Positions 34,835 through 44,502 of a stretch of 53,854 nucleotides of DNA are shown here, piece after piece. Source of the stretch: Bacilli bacterium. Its GTDB lineage: Bacteria; Bacillota_I; Bacilli_A; ML615J-28; CAG-313. Each line of letters starts with the position of its first letter. Positions within the stretch are counted from its first letter, which is position 1. The notes below the pieces were generated by a model. The model had not been told where the DNA came from and searched no databases. It saw only the letters and a list, made by a program, of their open reading frames with translations. The position numbers were made by a program, and so were the translations under genes. The stretch lies in NCBI GenBank assembly GCA_900770645.1, contig CAAGKY010000044.1, positions 1 through 53,854 on the forward strand, read 5' to 3'.

Positions 34835-35794
34835 TTATCTCATTTGGTATTCAAATACAGTTGATCTTAATCTTGTCTTAATATAAGGAACTGCTTTATC
34901 TGCTACTGAACCACACCAAATTCATCAAACACATCCATGAATAGTTATAGGCGAAAGTGTTGAAAAGTCAGTTTGATCATTAAAATCGTCGTCTGTAAAA
35001 ATGATTACGTTATCTGCTCTTGTTTCTTCTATGTGTTTAAGAATTTCTGGAAATGCGCGTGTTCCTCCACCACAAGACTTATCTGCTGCGTCAACTACAC
35101 GGTTAGCAAATCAATAATTTTTAACTTTAAGTTTTTTTCTAGATTGAAGTTGTAATAAATAAGATAGTGCATCAAGTCCTCTTTTTTTATCATTTGAAGT
35201 AAGTGAACCAGATTTATCTCAATACACATTAATTATTGGAACAGCACGTCTTTCAAGATATCCAGAACCAGGCATTAATAAATCTGATTTTGCATAAGTT
35301 GGATTTACTTTAGAGTAAGTATCTTCTGGTTTTGTATTTATAGCAGTTTGTCGTTTCATCGCTTGCTCTAAATCACGAGAAAAGACTGAAAAGTCTTGAA
35401 TTCCTTGCATACTTCTTCCAGAAGCTTCTAGTGCTTTTCTAGCAGCTTCTTGACTAGCTCTAACTCGTTGATTTTCTCTTTCTTCGTTGTCAAATTGAAT
35501 ATTAATTAACTCTTTTTCTATAGCTTTAGGGTCTTTAATTAGATTATTTAATTTATCAATTTTTGCTTGACGAGAAGTTTGATCTTGATTTGGGTCTTGA
35601 GAAGTTGGATCATCAATGTTTGGGTCATTTTTACTTATTATTTCTGAATTTTTTGGTAATTTTAATTGTGGAACGTCTTTAGGTTGATCATCTGGATCTG
35701 AGCTTACTCGAATTTTTCGTTTTCTAGAGTCTAGAATTGTGTTTAGTGCATCTAATGCTCCTTTTTTGCTCATGTCATTTGTTAAATCTAACAT
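34835..35794 (-). CDS. von Willebrand factor A (VWA) domain protein (319 aa)
   Basis: Track ORF 35219-35794 continues through 4 TGA to TAA 34837-34835. A MIDAS-like DKSGS follows directly after TGA 35221-35219 (VY-W-DKSGSL). ...NVIIFTDDDF is a typical VWA strand. Confidence 0.6.
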
Positions 35795-35806
35795 AAATAT
35801 TTTCTC

Positions 35807-37090
35807 CTATATCGTAATAATTTTTCCAGATCGTATAGCTGCGATCAATTGATTCAATTCGTCGTCTGAGAAATTTTCGTTGTCAAATCTATCAATTATT
35901 TCATTTCAAGCATTAGCATAATCTATTTTATCTAGTGTTTTTGGATCTAAATTAGACTTATTTGATTGTCCTTGATCTCCTCCAACTTGTCCGTCTTGAC
36001 CACCTTGATTATCTTGTTGACCTGATTGTCCTTGTTGTCCATTTTGTCCTCCAGACTGTTCTTGATTTCCTGTTGAATCATTTGATTGTCCAGATTGACC
36101 GTCTTGATCTCCTGTACCACCATTTCCACCAGAATTTCCTTGTCCACTTTGGCCTTGTTGTCCACCTTGTCCAGATTGGTCTGATTGACCACCTTGTTCA
36201 GATTGTCCTTGTTGACCTTGTTGGCCAGTTTGCCCAGATTGACCGCTTTGACCTCCTTGTTCACCAGACTGACCACTTTGTCCTGATTGACTGTCTTGTC
36301 CTGGTTGACCATTTTGGCCAGGTTGCCCTTGTTGTCCACCTTGATCAGATTGTCCTTGTTGTCCAGGTTGACCTTGTTGACTAGGTACCCCTTGTTGACC
36401 TAATTGATCTTGTTGACCTCCTTGGTCTTGTTGAACAGATTGATTTTGTTGGTCCATAAGTTGTTGAAGTTGATCGAAAAGTTCTTTAGCTTTCTTTATT
36501 TCTTCAGCTCGTTTTTCAATTAATTTATCTAGTAGTTCTTCATAAGTTAAATTTATTCATTCTGGATGTTGATCACTTAAAATAAGACCTCCAATAACTT
36601 TACCACTTCTAGTCATATTTCTAACAACTTGTTTATCATGATCATCATATCCTGCTTGAGATAAATCATAGTCTGCTGCAATATTACTTATTTCGTAGAT
36701 AGAGTATCCTCTAAAAGTTTGTCTTCAGTTCGGGTCTTTTTTAATTAGATAGTCTTCGAAACGTCTAGAGTGTACAAGTAGAAAGTGTAATAGCTCATGA
36801 CGAACTAATACACTTAATTGTTGCATCATTTTTTCTCTATCTGCTTCACTCGCAAAACTATCTTCCTCGACCATCGCTGGATTTATTACCATTTCTGCGC
36901 GATCTTCAAACATCGCAGCTACTTCGATACGCTCACCACGATATACATCTGCAATAATAAAATCAATATCTTGTAGTCTATCTGCGTATGTTACGTAACC
37001 TTCTTTTCGTAAATATAAGTCAATTTCTCTTTTTCAAGATTCTGCAGAACGCTTTTCTGCTTCAGTTAGTTTTGTTCGTGTTCTTTTCAT
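35807..37090 (-). CDS. HExxH metallopeptidase-like (DUF2201_N-type) protein with a Gln/Gly-rich low-complexity region (427 aa)
   Basis: Joins track ORFs 36725-36913 and 35906-36457 (4 TGA). ATG 37090-37088 after GGAGAG; TAG 35809-35807. VRHELLHFLLVH gives the HExxH. A ~160-aa GQ(Q/S/P) tract follows. Confidence 0.55.
35944..36440 (-). repeat. Degenerate triplet-period (GQX)n coding repeat
   Basis: Plus strand is dominated by CCTTGTTG/CCAGATTG-type 9-nt units. It is stop-free in several frames on both strands, which explains track ORFs 35947-36339(-) and 35962-36384(+). Confidence 0.7.
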
Positions 37091-37108
37091 ATTACTATCT
37101 CTCCAAAA

Positions 37109-38395
37109 CTAATTTCCTCGTAGTTCATCTGCGAACTTGTCTAAAAGAATTTCTGCTTCAAGTGCTGCTTTAACTGTAACATTTGAATGTTGTCCATTTC
37201 CAAAAACTCTATTTCCAACAATAGGTTTATCTACATATGAAGATAAAATACCCTCAAACATAGTTATGTCATCTTTACCTAAACCTGATTCATATCTAAT
37301 TACGTCTAAGAAGTCTGCTTTTGTTCCGTTACATCTATCTAAAAATAAAGTGAATGAACGATAATTTAGATAGTTATATACTTTTCCTTGGTCTGCACCG
37401 TCATTAAATTTCTTTCTAACTGTAGCAGCGTCATTGAATTTAAATCTACTGCTTTTTAAGATTTCAGTCATTAGATTTCTTTGCCCTGCATACACTTTAT
37501 AATCTTCTTCTGATAAAGGTAATTGTAGAATTTTATCATATAAGTTATCTAGCATCATAAAAAATTCTTTTTTATCAGCCTCTTGCTCAACAACAACTCC
37601 ATGTCTAGATACCATTGCTGGGTCAATTAAGTCAGCATCTGGGAAAATATCATCAGCTGGGTTAATTGCGACAACTGAGAAAAGAATATTTTTAAATTGT
37701 TTAGTTGTTTTTGTTTGACCAGTTACTGGGTCTTCGATAAACGCAGGTATTTGATGAGAATTAATTAAGTCTAATAATGATCCACGAATTCGTCCATTTG
37801 CTCTATTGATTTCATCTAAAAATAGTATTGTGTATTCATATCCATTGTCGTCTATACTATCTCAATATGAAGACGCGATTGGAGCTTGAGTATATTCACC
37901 AGTTTTAGGGTTTTGCTTAGGATATGGAATACCACCAACTGTTGCTTGGTCTAAACTCTTAGCATCACATTCAAATAAGTAGATATTATGTTCTCTACAA
38001 AATTCTTTTACAATTGATGTTTTACCAAATCCAGCTAGTCCATAAATAAGGACATTTGGAAAGTTTTTGCTATCGCCAGCATTTTTCTTTCTTAGAGCAG
38101 TATCTAAAGATCTTTGTAAAATTCTCTTTAATTTTTGTGGTTGAGCTGTTCCATATGGATTTCTAATAAGTTTAGTGATTTGCTGAACTTGTGTCGCAGC
38201 TGCAGTAGCTGCAGTTGTATCTATTGCTACTCCGGCATCTTTAGCACCAGTTGCCATATCTGCTACAATATCTACTTTAGTTGAGTCCTCTAAGTCTAAT
38301 TCAGTATTAACGCTTTTTACATTTAGGTCCTTTAAAAGCTCATTTGGATCTTGTACTTCTTCTATTAGAGGTATAGTTTTTTTGATAATTTTCAT
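37109..38395 (-). CDS. MoxR/CobS-like AAA+ ATPase (428 aa)
   Basis: Joins track ORFs 37862-38395 and 37109-37615 via TGA 37864-37862 (checked). Walker A GLAGFGKTS, Walker B ILFLDEINRA. Confidence 0.7.
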
Positions 38396-38414
38396 TTTAA
38401 GTTTTCTCCTTTTA

Positions 38415-39437
38415 TTAATCTAAGAATTCGTAAAATTTTTCAAACATCTTTTTAGCAGCTTCTTCTGGGCTAATTTCTAAGCTTTCTTCTATTACGTTTT
38501 CTACTTCTTCATTTAAATCGAAAGCTCTAATTATACATTTACCTAAATTAGTATTTATAGCAAAATATCCATTTGATTCAGCTTTCTTGCGCACAACATC
38601 TAAAGGTCCAGAATATGCACCTGAATTAACGATTTTTTGCATGAATTCAGTTGCTTCTGCTTGTGTTTCAAAAAAGCAAGTAATATCTCCCCAGTTATTG
38701 CTGTTTCCAACAAATACTTTGTTTGTTCCATTAATCTCTGCATTTGGATTTACAGGTTTTATATACGCTCTTATTGGCTTTTTACTTGGAGTTACTGTAT
38801 CTCTAATAAAGAATACGTCTGTTCCTTTTACTGTAAACTTATCTCCAGGTTTACTAATCATATCTCTTGCTACAGAAGATAATTGTCCACGATTTTGATA
38901 CTTACCAGAACCGCTAGTTGTACTAGTAGAAGGTCTCTTAGGTGTAGTATTAGTTTGTGTAGACGAAGTTGTTGATCCACTAGATGAAGTCTTATATTGA
39001 GTTGCAAAGCATTCAAAGTCCCAAAGTGCTTTTCCTAAATAAGATTTCTTAAAGTAATCTACTCTATAAGATGTAGTTGAAGTGTCATCCCAATAAATTT
39101 CATTTACTTTACACATCCAAGCAAGTGCGTTAGCAACAAACTCTGGAATCATTTGAATTTCAGTACGATCTTTAGTAGTTTGATCTTTATAGTTATACAC
39201 ATATTTCATTATATCTTCAAATTGAACGTTTGAATCATCAAATTTTCGATCTACGATTTGTCTATACAGTGTTTTGCATGCAGCAGCTAATAAGTCAGAA
39301 GATAAGTCACCAGGAGTTACTAATGTTACTAACAAAGGGTCTTCCGCAGCTAAAGATTTACCTTTTGCACATGGAAAGAATACGTCTCTAAGCCATCCTT
39401 TACTTCTTTCTAAAATTTTAGGATCTAAGGTTTTCAT
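38415..39437 (-). CDS. Hypothetical protein with Ser/Thr-rich linker (340 aa)
   Basis: Start moved from the track's TTG (39497) to ATG 39437-39435, which follows AAAGGAGA. No TGA, 5 TGG. Confidence 0.55.
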   Translation of the reverse strand: MKTLDPKILERSKGWLRDVFFPCAKGKSLAAEDPLLVTLVTPGDLSSDLLAAACKTLYRQIVDRKFDDSNVQFEDIMKYVYNYKDQTTKDRTEIQMIPEFVANALAWMCKVNEIYWDDTSTTSYRVDYFKKSYLGKALWDFECFATQYKTSSSGSTTSSTQTNTTPKRPSTSTTSGSGKYQNRGQLSSVARDMISKPGDKFTVKGTDVFFIRDTVTPSKKPIRAYIKPVNPNAEINGTNKVFVGNSNNWGDITCFFETQAEATEFMQKIVNSGAYSGPLDVVRKKAESNGYFAINTNLGKCIIRAFDLNEEVENVIEESLEISPEEAAKKMFEKFYEFLD

Positions 39438-39493
39438 TTTTATGTCTCCTTTATCTATTCGATTAATTATTGGGTTATTTCTACGAGAAATAT

Positions 39494-39507
39494 TCAATTA
39501 ATTTAGC
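39494..39507 (-). promoter_or_regulatory. Conserved intergenic motif copy 9 (GCTAAATTAATTGA)
   Basis: In the 90-nt spacer between the topoisomerase stop (39528) and ATG 39437. Confidence 0.5.
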
Positions 39508-39527
39508 AAATATTCTTCTCATATATA

Positions 39528-41348
39528 TTAATTTATACCGATTATTCCACGACATTCTGGATATTGTGTACAACCGTAGAATAGCTTGCCAAATCTACTT
39601 CTTCGTATTTGCATTTTTGCTCCACAAATTGGGCAAATCTTCTCTTCTTGCTCAACTTCTTCAGTATTTTCCTCTATTGTTTTAGTTAATTCTTTATAGA
39701 AGGTATCTAAAAAATTTGTTTTATTTAATTTATTTTCTGCAATTAAGTCTAATTGCTCTTCCATTGTCTTAGTATAACTTAAATTAATAATATTTGAGAA
39801 TGAACGATCTAAAAATTCTGACAATTGTGTACCTTTAAGAGTTGGAACAATTTTTTTATCAATTATCTCAGCATAACCACGTGTCGGACTTAGAACTGTA
39901 TCAATTATTCCAGCATAAGTTGATGGACGTCCTATCCCAGTATCCTTTAGCTTAGCTACTAATGAAGCTTCAGTAAATCTTGCAGGAGGAGTTGTTTGTT
40001 TTTTAATATCGTCTAATTCACAATCTTGTAAGATTTCATCAATTTCAAAAGTTTCTCTTACTACTTTTTCTTCATGCTCTTCGTTTTTATAGATTTGTCT
40101 ATATCCTTCATAAATAAGTTCATTAGAAGTGAACACAAATTTTTGATCATTATTATAAATATTATAATTTGTCTCAGCTATCTTAGCGTTTGGAAAACAC
40201 GAAGCAATTGTACGTTGCCAAATAATTTTATAAACTTTTTGATTTAAATTATTTTTATCTTTCTTATTAAACTCTTCAGGAGTCAATGAAATATTCGTTA
40301 CACGTAAACACTCATGTCCATCTTGTTCAGTTCCAGATTTTTTTCCTTTTCTCGGTTCAGTAAAAATATCGCCATAATTTGAATTAATGTAAGTTTTTAC
40401 TTCTTCTAAAAAGTCTTTTGACATTTCAGTCGAATCAGTACGCATATAAGTAATTCTTCCAGCTTCAAAAAGTTTTTGTGCAATTGACATAGCATCTTTG
40501 ACCTTTAATCCCATAACGTTTGCAATTTCTTGCTGATAAGATACAGTAGTAAAAGGTGGTTTTGGAGATTCTTGCTTTTCTTTTTTATCTATACTTTTAA
40601 TAATAAAATCAGAACTACACTTATGTTTTACAACTTTAACCTCAGCTAATGATTTTAAATGTTGAATATTTTCTTCGTCTGTTCCAACATATTTAGCTCT
40701 AAAGTCATTTCCATTTTTAATAAAGTTTAAATATAAGTCATAGTATGTTTCTGGAATAAACTCTAATATTTCTCTTTCTCTATCTACAATTAATTTTAGA
40801 GCAGCTGATTGACAACGACCTACTGATTTTGCGCCTACATAATTTCGAGCAACTGGTGAAATAGAGTATCCAACTAATTTATCCAAAGCCATTCTTGCAT
40901 GCGCCGCATCAACTAAGTACTCATTTAGTGAGATTGGATTCTCAATAGCTTTAACTATTGCTTTTGGTGTAATTTCATGAGTAATAGCTCTAAAATATTT
41001 TCCAGGCTTTAGTGTTAAAAATTTAATTAACGATCATGCAATTGCTTCTCCTTCTCTATCAGGGTCGGTCATCACAAATACATAGTCTGAAGCTTTTGCT
41101 AAATCGCTTAATTTTTTTACTATTTCTTTTTTGTCATCTGAAATGGCTATATTCATTCTAAAGTCTTCTTCTGGAAAAATTCCAGTATTCTTAAAACTAG
41201 TCCTATTATCTTTTAGACTACTAATATGTCCAACAGACGCAGATACAATTACTTTGTTATATCCAGCAGCTTTTAAATATTTCGTAACTGATGAAACTTT
41301 GTTTGGTGATTCTACAATAACTAATATATTATTATTCTTTAAGTCCAT
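39528..41348 (-). CDS. topA: DNA topoisomerase, type IA, with C-terminal zinc ribbon (606 aa)
   Basis: Joins track ORFs 41034-41363 and 39528-40892 via a single TGA (41036-41034). Toprim VIVESPNK and DPDREGEAIA-[TGA]. Catalytic-Tyr motif GRITYMRTDS. C-terminal CPICG...CTQYPEC. ATG 41348-41346 preferred over the track's GTG at 41363. Confidence 0.85.
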
Positions 41349-41511
41349 CTTTATTCTTCTCACTTATCTCTTTTATCTCTTCAGCTAATGTTTCTTCTAA
41401 TACTTTTCTAATTCACTTAGAGATAGACAATCTTTCGACGAAAGCTTTTTGTCTGATTGCTTCTTTTAATGTTTCAGATATCTCTAAACTAATCATTGTT
41501 TTTTTATCCAT
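41332..41511 (-). CDS. Ribbon-helix-helix (CopG-like) protein (59 aa)
   Basis: Below the track cut-off. ATG 41511-41509 after AAAGGAGAA; TAA 41334-41332, overlapping the topA start by 17 nt. One TGA. MDKKTMISLEISETLKEAIRQKAFVERLSISKWIRKVLEETL. Confidence 0.5.
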
Positions 41512-41537
41512 TAAAAGATTCTCCTTTCTGTAGACTA

Positions 41538-42263
41538 TTATTTTTTAGCTTTTCTTTCATATTTTTTTAGAGCTCTACGTTGTTTATAATTTAAATGAGG
41601 CTTTTTCTCTTCTTCATATACCGCAACTTTACCATTAATGACCATCTCTGATAATTTTAATTCTTGATAAACACTTTTAGAAATTTCATTTGAGTTAATT
41701 TCTTCTTCTAGTTTACTAAGCTTAATATTGACATATTGTTTCCAGATTTCGCAATATTCTGCCAATTCTTCTTCGGATGCAGTCACTAATGAGCCATCTA
41801 ACTCGACATCTGATTCTAATCCTAAGTCACTTGGTAATACACCATCTAGTAGCTGAATCATTTGATCAAAAATTCTAGCTGCTCCATCCAATAGCTTATT
41901 GTCTTCATAAACAAAATCTTGATTAGTATAAATAAATGTAACTTCTTTCGGTCTACCAATTAAATACTCTTTTCCAGGAATACTCAAGAAAATTTCTGGT
42001 GCGATTACTAGACCTGATTTCTTTGTAATAATTGGATTAATGAAAAATTTAAGTGTCTCATTAAAGCGTATTCCAAAAATTCGTTTGTTAATACCAATTT
42101 GAGGAGCTGCTAATGCAATTACATTAGGATTTTGCTCAAATACGCTGGTCAACTGTGCTAAAATTTCTTTTCCTTCTTCTAAGTGTTGCCCATCTTTATC
42201 AATAAACTTAAGTGGCTCACTAGGCTCACGCAATTTTTCTAAATCTTTTATAATTCTTTCCAT
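41538..42263 (-). CDS. Peptide deformylase homologue lacking the catalytic metal ligands (241 aa)
   Basis: Intact ORF. Motif 1 is conserved (IALAAPQIGI). Motif 2 EGCLS reads EIFLS. Motif 3 QHExDH reads FDQMIQ. A ~90-aa C-terminal extension ends in a basic tail. Confidence 0.65.
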   Translation of the reverse strand: MERIIKDLEKLREPSEPLKFIDKDGQHLEEGKEILAQLTSVFEQNPNVIALAAPQIGINKRIFGIRFNETLKFFINPIITKKSGLVIAPEIFLSIPGKEYLIGRPKEVTFIYTNQDFVYEDNKLLDGAARIFDQMIQLLDGVLPSDLGLESDVELDGSLVTASEEELAEYCEIWKQYVNIKLSKLEEEINSNEISKSVYQELKLSEMVINGKVAVYEEEKKPHLNYKQRRALKKYERKAKK

Positions 42264-42289
42264 TATAATTCTCCTTTATAATATATAAT

Positions 42290-42303
42290 ACATTAAATTT
42301 AGC
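42290..42303 (-). promoter_or_regulatory. Conserved intergenic motif copy 10 (GCTAAATTTAATGT, variant)
   Basis: Lies after terminator 42337-42366. It is followed at once by TGTATTATATATTATAAAGGAG and ATG 42263. Confidence 0.4.
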
Positions 42304-42336
42304 GAAATTAATAATTTAATAATTTATTAATTTATT

Positions 42337-42366
42337 AAAAAAAGTAGGATTTAACCTACTTTTTTA
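42337..42366 (-). terminator. Rho-independent terminator overlapping the end of 42356-42712
   Basis: Stem AAGTAGG/CCTACTT (42342-42348/42355-42361), loop ATTTAA, flanked by A7 and T-runs. Confidence 0.7.
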
Positions 42367-42712
42367 TTTCGACGATTGCATCTTTAAAATGTTTTAAAAC
42401 GTTTGTGTTTTCATCGATAACATTTTTCGAAGTAGCTTTGTTCTCTTCAAAGTAATTCTCAAGCTTTGAGTTTTGACCTCTATATTTGTTATGTTTTGAT
42501 TTACGTTTCGGTAAATTTAGTAAGTGCATTATATAAGATAATCTATCTAAATTTTCTTTAACGATAAAAATATCTTTTTTAACTTCTTCTAATCTATCTT
42601 CAGTAATATATCCATCTTTTAAAGCTTCTTCAAAATCTACAATATCTTCTTTCATTTCAAGATATTGATTTAATACATCATAATAATATTGTTTAACATC
42701 AATTATTGCCAT
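42356..42712 (-). CDS. Hypothetical protein (118 aa)
   Basis: ATG 42712-42710 after GGAGA, preferred over the track start at 42733, which would overlap the upstream gene. TAG 42358-42356. Confidence 0.5.
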   Translation of the reverse strand: MAIIDVKQYYYDVLNQYLEMKEDIVDFEEALKDGYITEDRLEEVKKDIFIVKENLDRLSYIMHLLNLPKRKSKHNKYRGQNSKLENYFEENKATSKNVIDENTNVLKHFKDAIVEIKK

Positions 42713-42722
42713 CTTATTTCTC

Positions 42723-43082
42723 CTATACTTCATTAAATAGTTCTATAATCTCTGGAAACACCTCAAAAGCTTCTTGCTCAGTGATTTCTTCAACTACGTC
42801 TACCTCTTTTTTAAAGTCATTTATAAACTTATCAACTTTACTACAGATTTTTGATTCTTTATAGTCTATTTTTTCATAATCTACTTTAAATCCGTTTATT
42901 AGCATAGGTAAGTCTTGCATGACTGGACCAAAAGTCAAAATTGACGTTTTTCCCATAATGGTTTTTGTTATTAAGTATCAAGATGCACCTTCAACATTTG
43001 TGCAACTTAACGCCATGTTTCCGATATCTACAACGTCAATAGCTCGGTTAAATGTTCTTTGAATCGAATATTCAAAAATCAT
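42723..43082 (-). CDS. Hypothetical protein (119 aa)
   Basis: Track ORF 42723-42956 extended through TGA 42980-42978 to ATG 43082-43080 (GGAGAA upstream; TAATG overlap with the upstream stop). Confidence 0.5.
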
Positions 43083-43375
43083 TAGCGTTCTCCTATTTTA
43101 ACATAGTATTTGTCTTTGTCAAAATCAGCGATTAAAAAGATATTATAAGTAATATTTTTATCTTCAACTTCAAAATAGTTTGTTATTTTAGTTGTATTTT
43201 TTGAGTCATTTGTTCCAAAACTTGGATACTCTGTATTAGTTGATTTTTCACATAATTGTGAATACATGCTTGCATATTCATTACTATCATTTAATTGGAC
43301 AACATAGAAATGATTATCATATTGACCACTATTTTCTATTTCTAGTTTTTTTAGTACACTTTCTATATTACTCAT
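43082..43375 (-). CDS. Hypothetical protein (97 aa)
   Basis: ATG 43375-43373 after AAGGAGAA, preferred over the track start 43417. TAA 43084-43082. Confidence 0.5.
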   Translation of the reverse strand: MSNIESVLKKLEIENSGQYDNHFYVVQLNDSNEYASMYSQLCEKSTNTEYPSFGTNDSKNTTKITNYFEVEDKNITYNIFLIADFDKDKYYVKIGER

Positions 43376-43940
43376 CTTTTTGTTCTCCTTCTGTAGTTTC
43401 TGTAAATGCAGCATCAACGATTTCTGCTTCTACAATTGTCTCATTTTTAACTTTATTATTTTGGTTTGCAATACCAGCTAATATATTAGCTACAGCATTT
43501 TTAACTTTATCTCTAGAGACTCTATCTAGTTCATTTGCTGCACCTATATTAACTTCTTGCTGATTAATTTGAATTAGAGGTGGCTGTTCAGTTTGATCTA
43601 TTAACATCTTTTGGTTCTTTTCAGCTATATCTTGTATTGTTTTTAGACCTTGAAATAGTTCCTGATTAGATAATTCGTCTGGACGCATCGTAAATCGCTC
43701 AATCGCTTGGTCTGTAATTACGTCTAATAAATTATTTAATTTATCTACTCTAACCATAGCTTTCTTTTTTTGAATTGTATTAAACATTGAAGTTAAATCT
43801 TTTGTTTTTGCTACGTCGTTTTCAACAATAGTTTGTTTAATAATTTGCAAAGCTGCATTATCTAATTCGAGTTTTTCTGCTGAAATATCTTTGATTAGAG
43901 TTATTTCATTTTTTTCAATATTATTATCATCTTTATTCAT
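43368..43940 (-). CDS. Hypothetical protein (190 aa)
   Basis: Intact ORF with no Trp codons. Overlaps the downstream start by 8 nt. Confidence 0.55.
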   Translation of the reverse strand: MNKDDNNIEKNEITLIKDISAEKLELDNAALQIIKQTIVENDVAKTKDLTSMFNTIQKKKAMVRVDKLNNLLDVITDQAIERFTMRPDELSNQELFQGLKTIQDIAEKNQKMLIDQTEQPPLIQINQQEVNIGAANELDRVSRDKVKNAVANILAGIANQNNKVKNETIVEAEIVDAAFTETTEGEQKDE

Positions 43941-43942
43941 GC

Positions 43943-44272
43943 TTATAAAACCTCTTCACAAGCAAGTAATAATTTATCGATGATTTCTTTTTCTAAATAC
44001 ATTTCTACTGGGTCTACTTTTTCTTCTAAGCTTCTCTTAATTGTTTGTTTCAATTCTTTACTTGGTAAAAATTTACATTGTCCACTACTAATCTCTATAC
44101 TCAATGTTCCAATACCAATATTTAAAATTGCGATATCTTCTTTCGCTAATACTGCGTCATGGATTGCACTTCCAATACATAATGCTTCTTTTTTATGAAT
44201 TTCAGCTAAAACTTTTAACGGAATTTGAGAGAGTGTAGATAAATCTTTAACGATATTTGATTGTGTAGGCAT
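43943..44272 (-). CDS. Hypothetical small protein, weak HU/IHF-fold resemblance (109 aa)
   Basis: Intact ORF. ...ILNIGIGTLSIEISSGQCKFLPSKELKQTI loosely recalls the GFGxF...P...LK core of HU-type proteins with shortened arms (by eye only). Confidence 0.25.
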   Translation of the reverse strand: MPTQSNIVKDLSTLSQIPLKVLAEIHKKEALCIGSAIHDAVLAKEDIAILNIGIGTLSIEISSGQCKFLPSKELKQTIKRSLEEKVDPVEMYLEKEIIDKLLLACEEVL

Positions 44273-44283
44273 AAACTATCTCC

Positions 44284-44502
44284 TTATCTGATTTTCTTTA
44301 GTATTTCAAGCGGATCTTCTCCAGTTAACTGGTATGCGCATCGGCTTAATTCTTTAGAATATTGTAAAAATGATCAATCTAACTTATGAGCAATACAATG
44401 AGCCATTATATCGATGTTATCAAACTTATTTTCGAATAAGTTTTTTATGAACAATAAGCGGGTCTCAAATGTTCTTAATTCTTCTGGAAATTTATCTGTC
44501 AT
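44284..44502 (-). CDS. Hypothetical small protein (72 aa)
   Basis: Not in the track (one TGA). ATG 44502-44500, TAA 44286-44284. Overlaps the end of 44492-44893 by 11 nt. Confidence 0.4.

Noticed and set aside
35947-36339. Alternative-frame 130-aa minus-strand ORF in the Q/G repeat
   Set aside because: It is an artefact of the stop-free triplet repeat. The GQX frame is the one continuous with the flanking HExxH and C-terminal domains.
39438-39497. Upstream extensions offered by the ORF track at non-ATG starts (39497, 41363, 42733, 43417, 34183)
   Set aside because: They begin at TTG/GTG codons without an RBS. They run into the conserved motif or the preceding gene. In each case a downstream ATG with a GGAG-type RBS is present.
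41034-41036. TGA = Gly (translation table 25) as an alternative to table 4
   Set aside because: This TGA falls where type IA topoisomerases have a conserved Trp (DREGEAIA-W). Other TGAs sit in aromatic or hydrophobic contexts such as YL-W-GNR in the sheath. This is one strong anchor only; a full HMM column tally is still needed.
5814-42303. Reading the TTGCTA inside the conserved motif as a sigma70 -35 box
   Set aside because: The TATA-like bases follow after only 3 nt. No consistent -10 hexamer lies 16-18 nt downstream across the copies.
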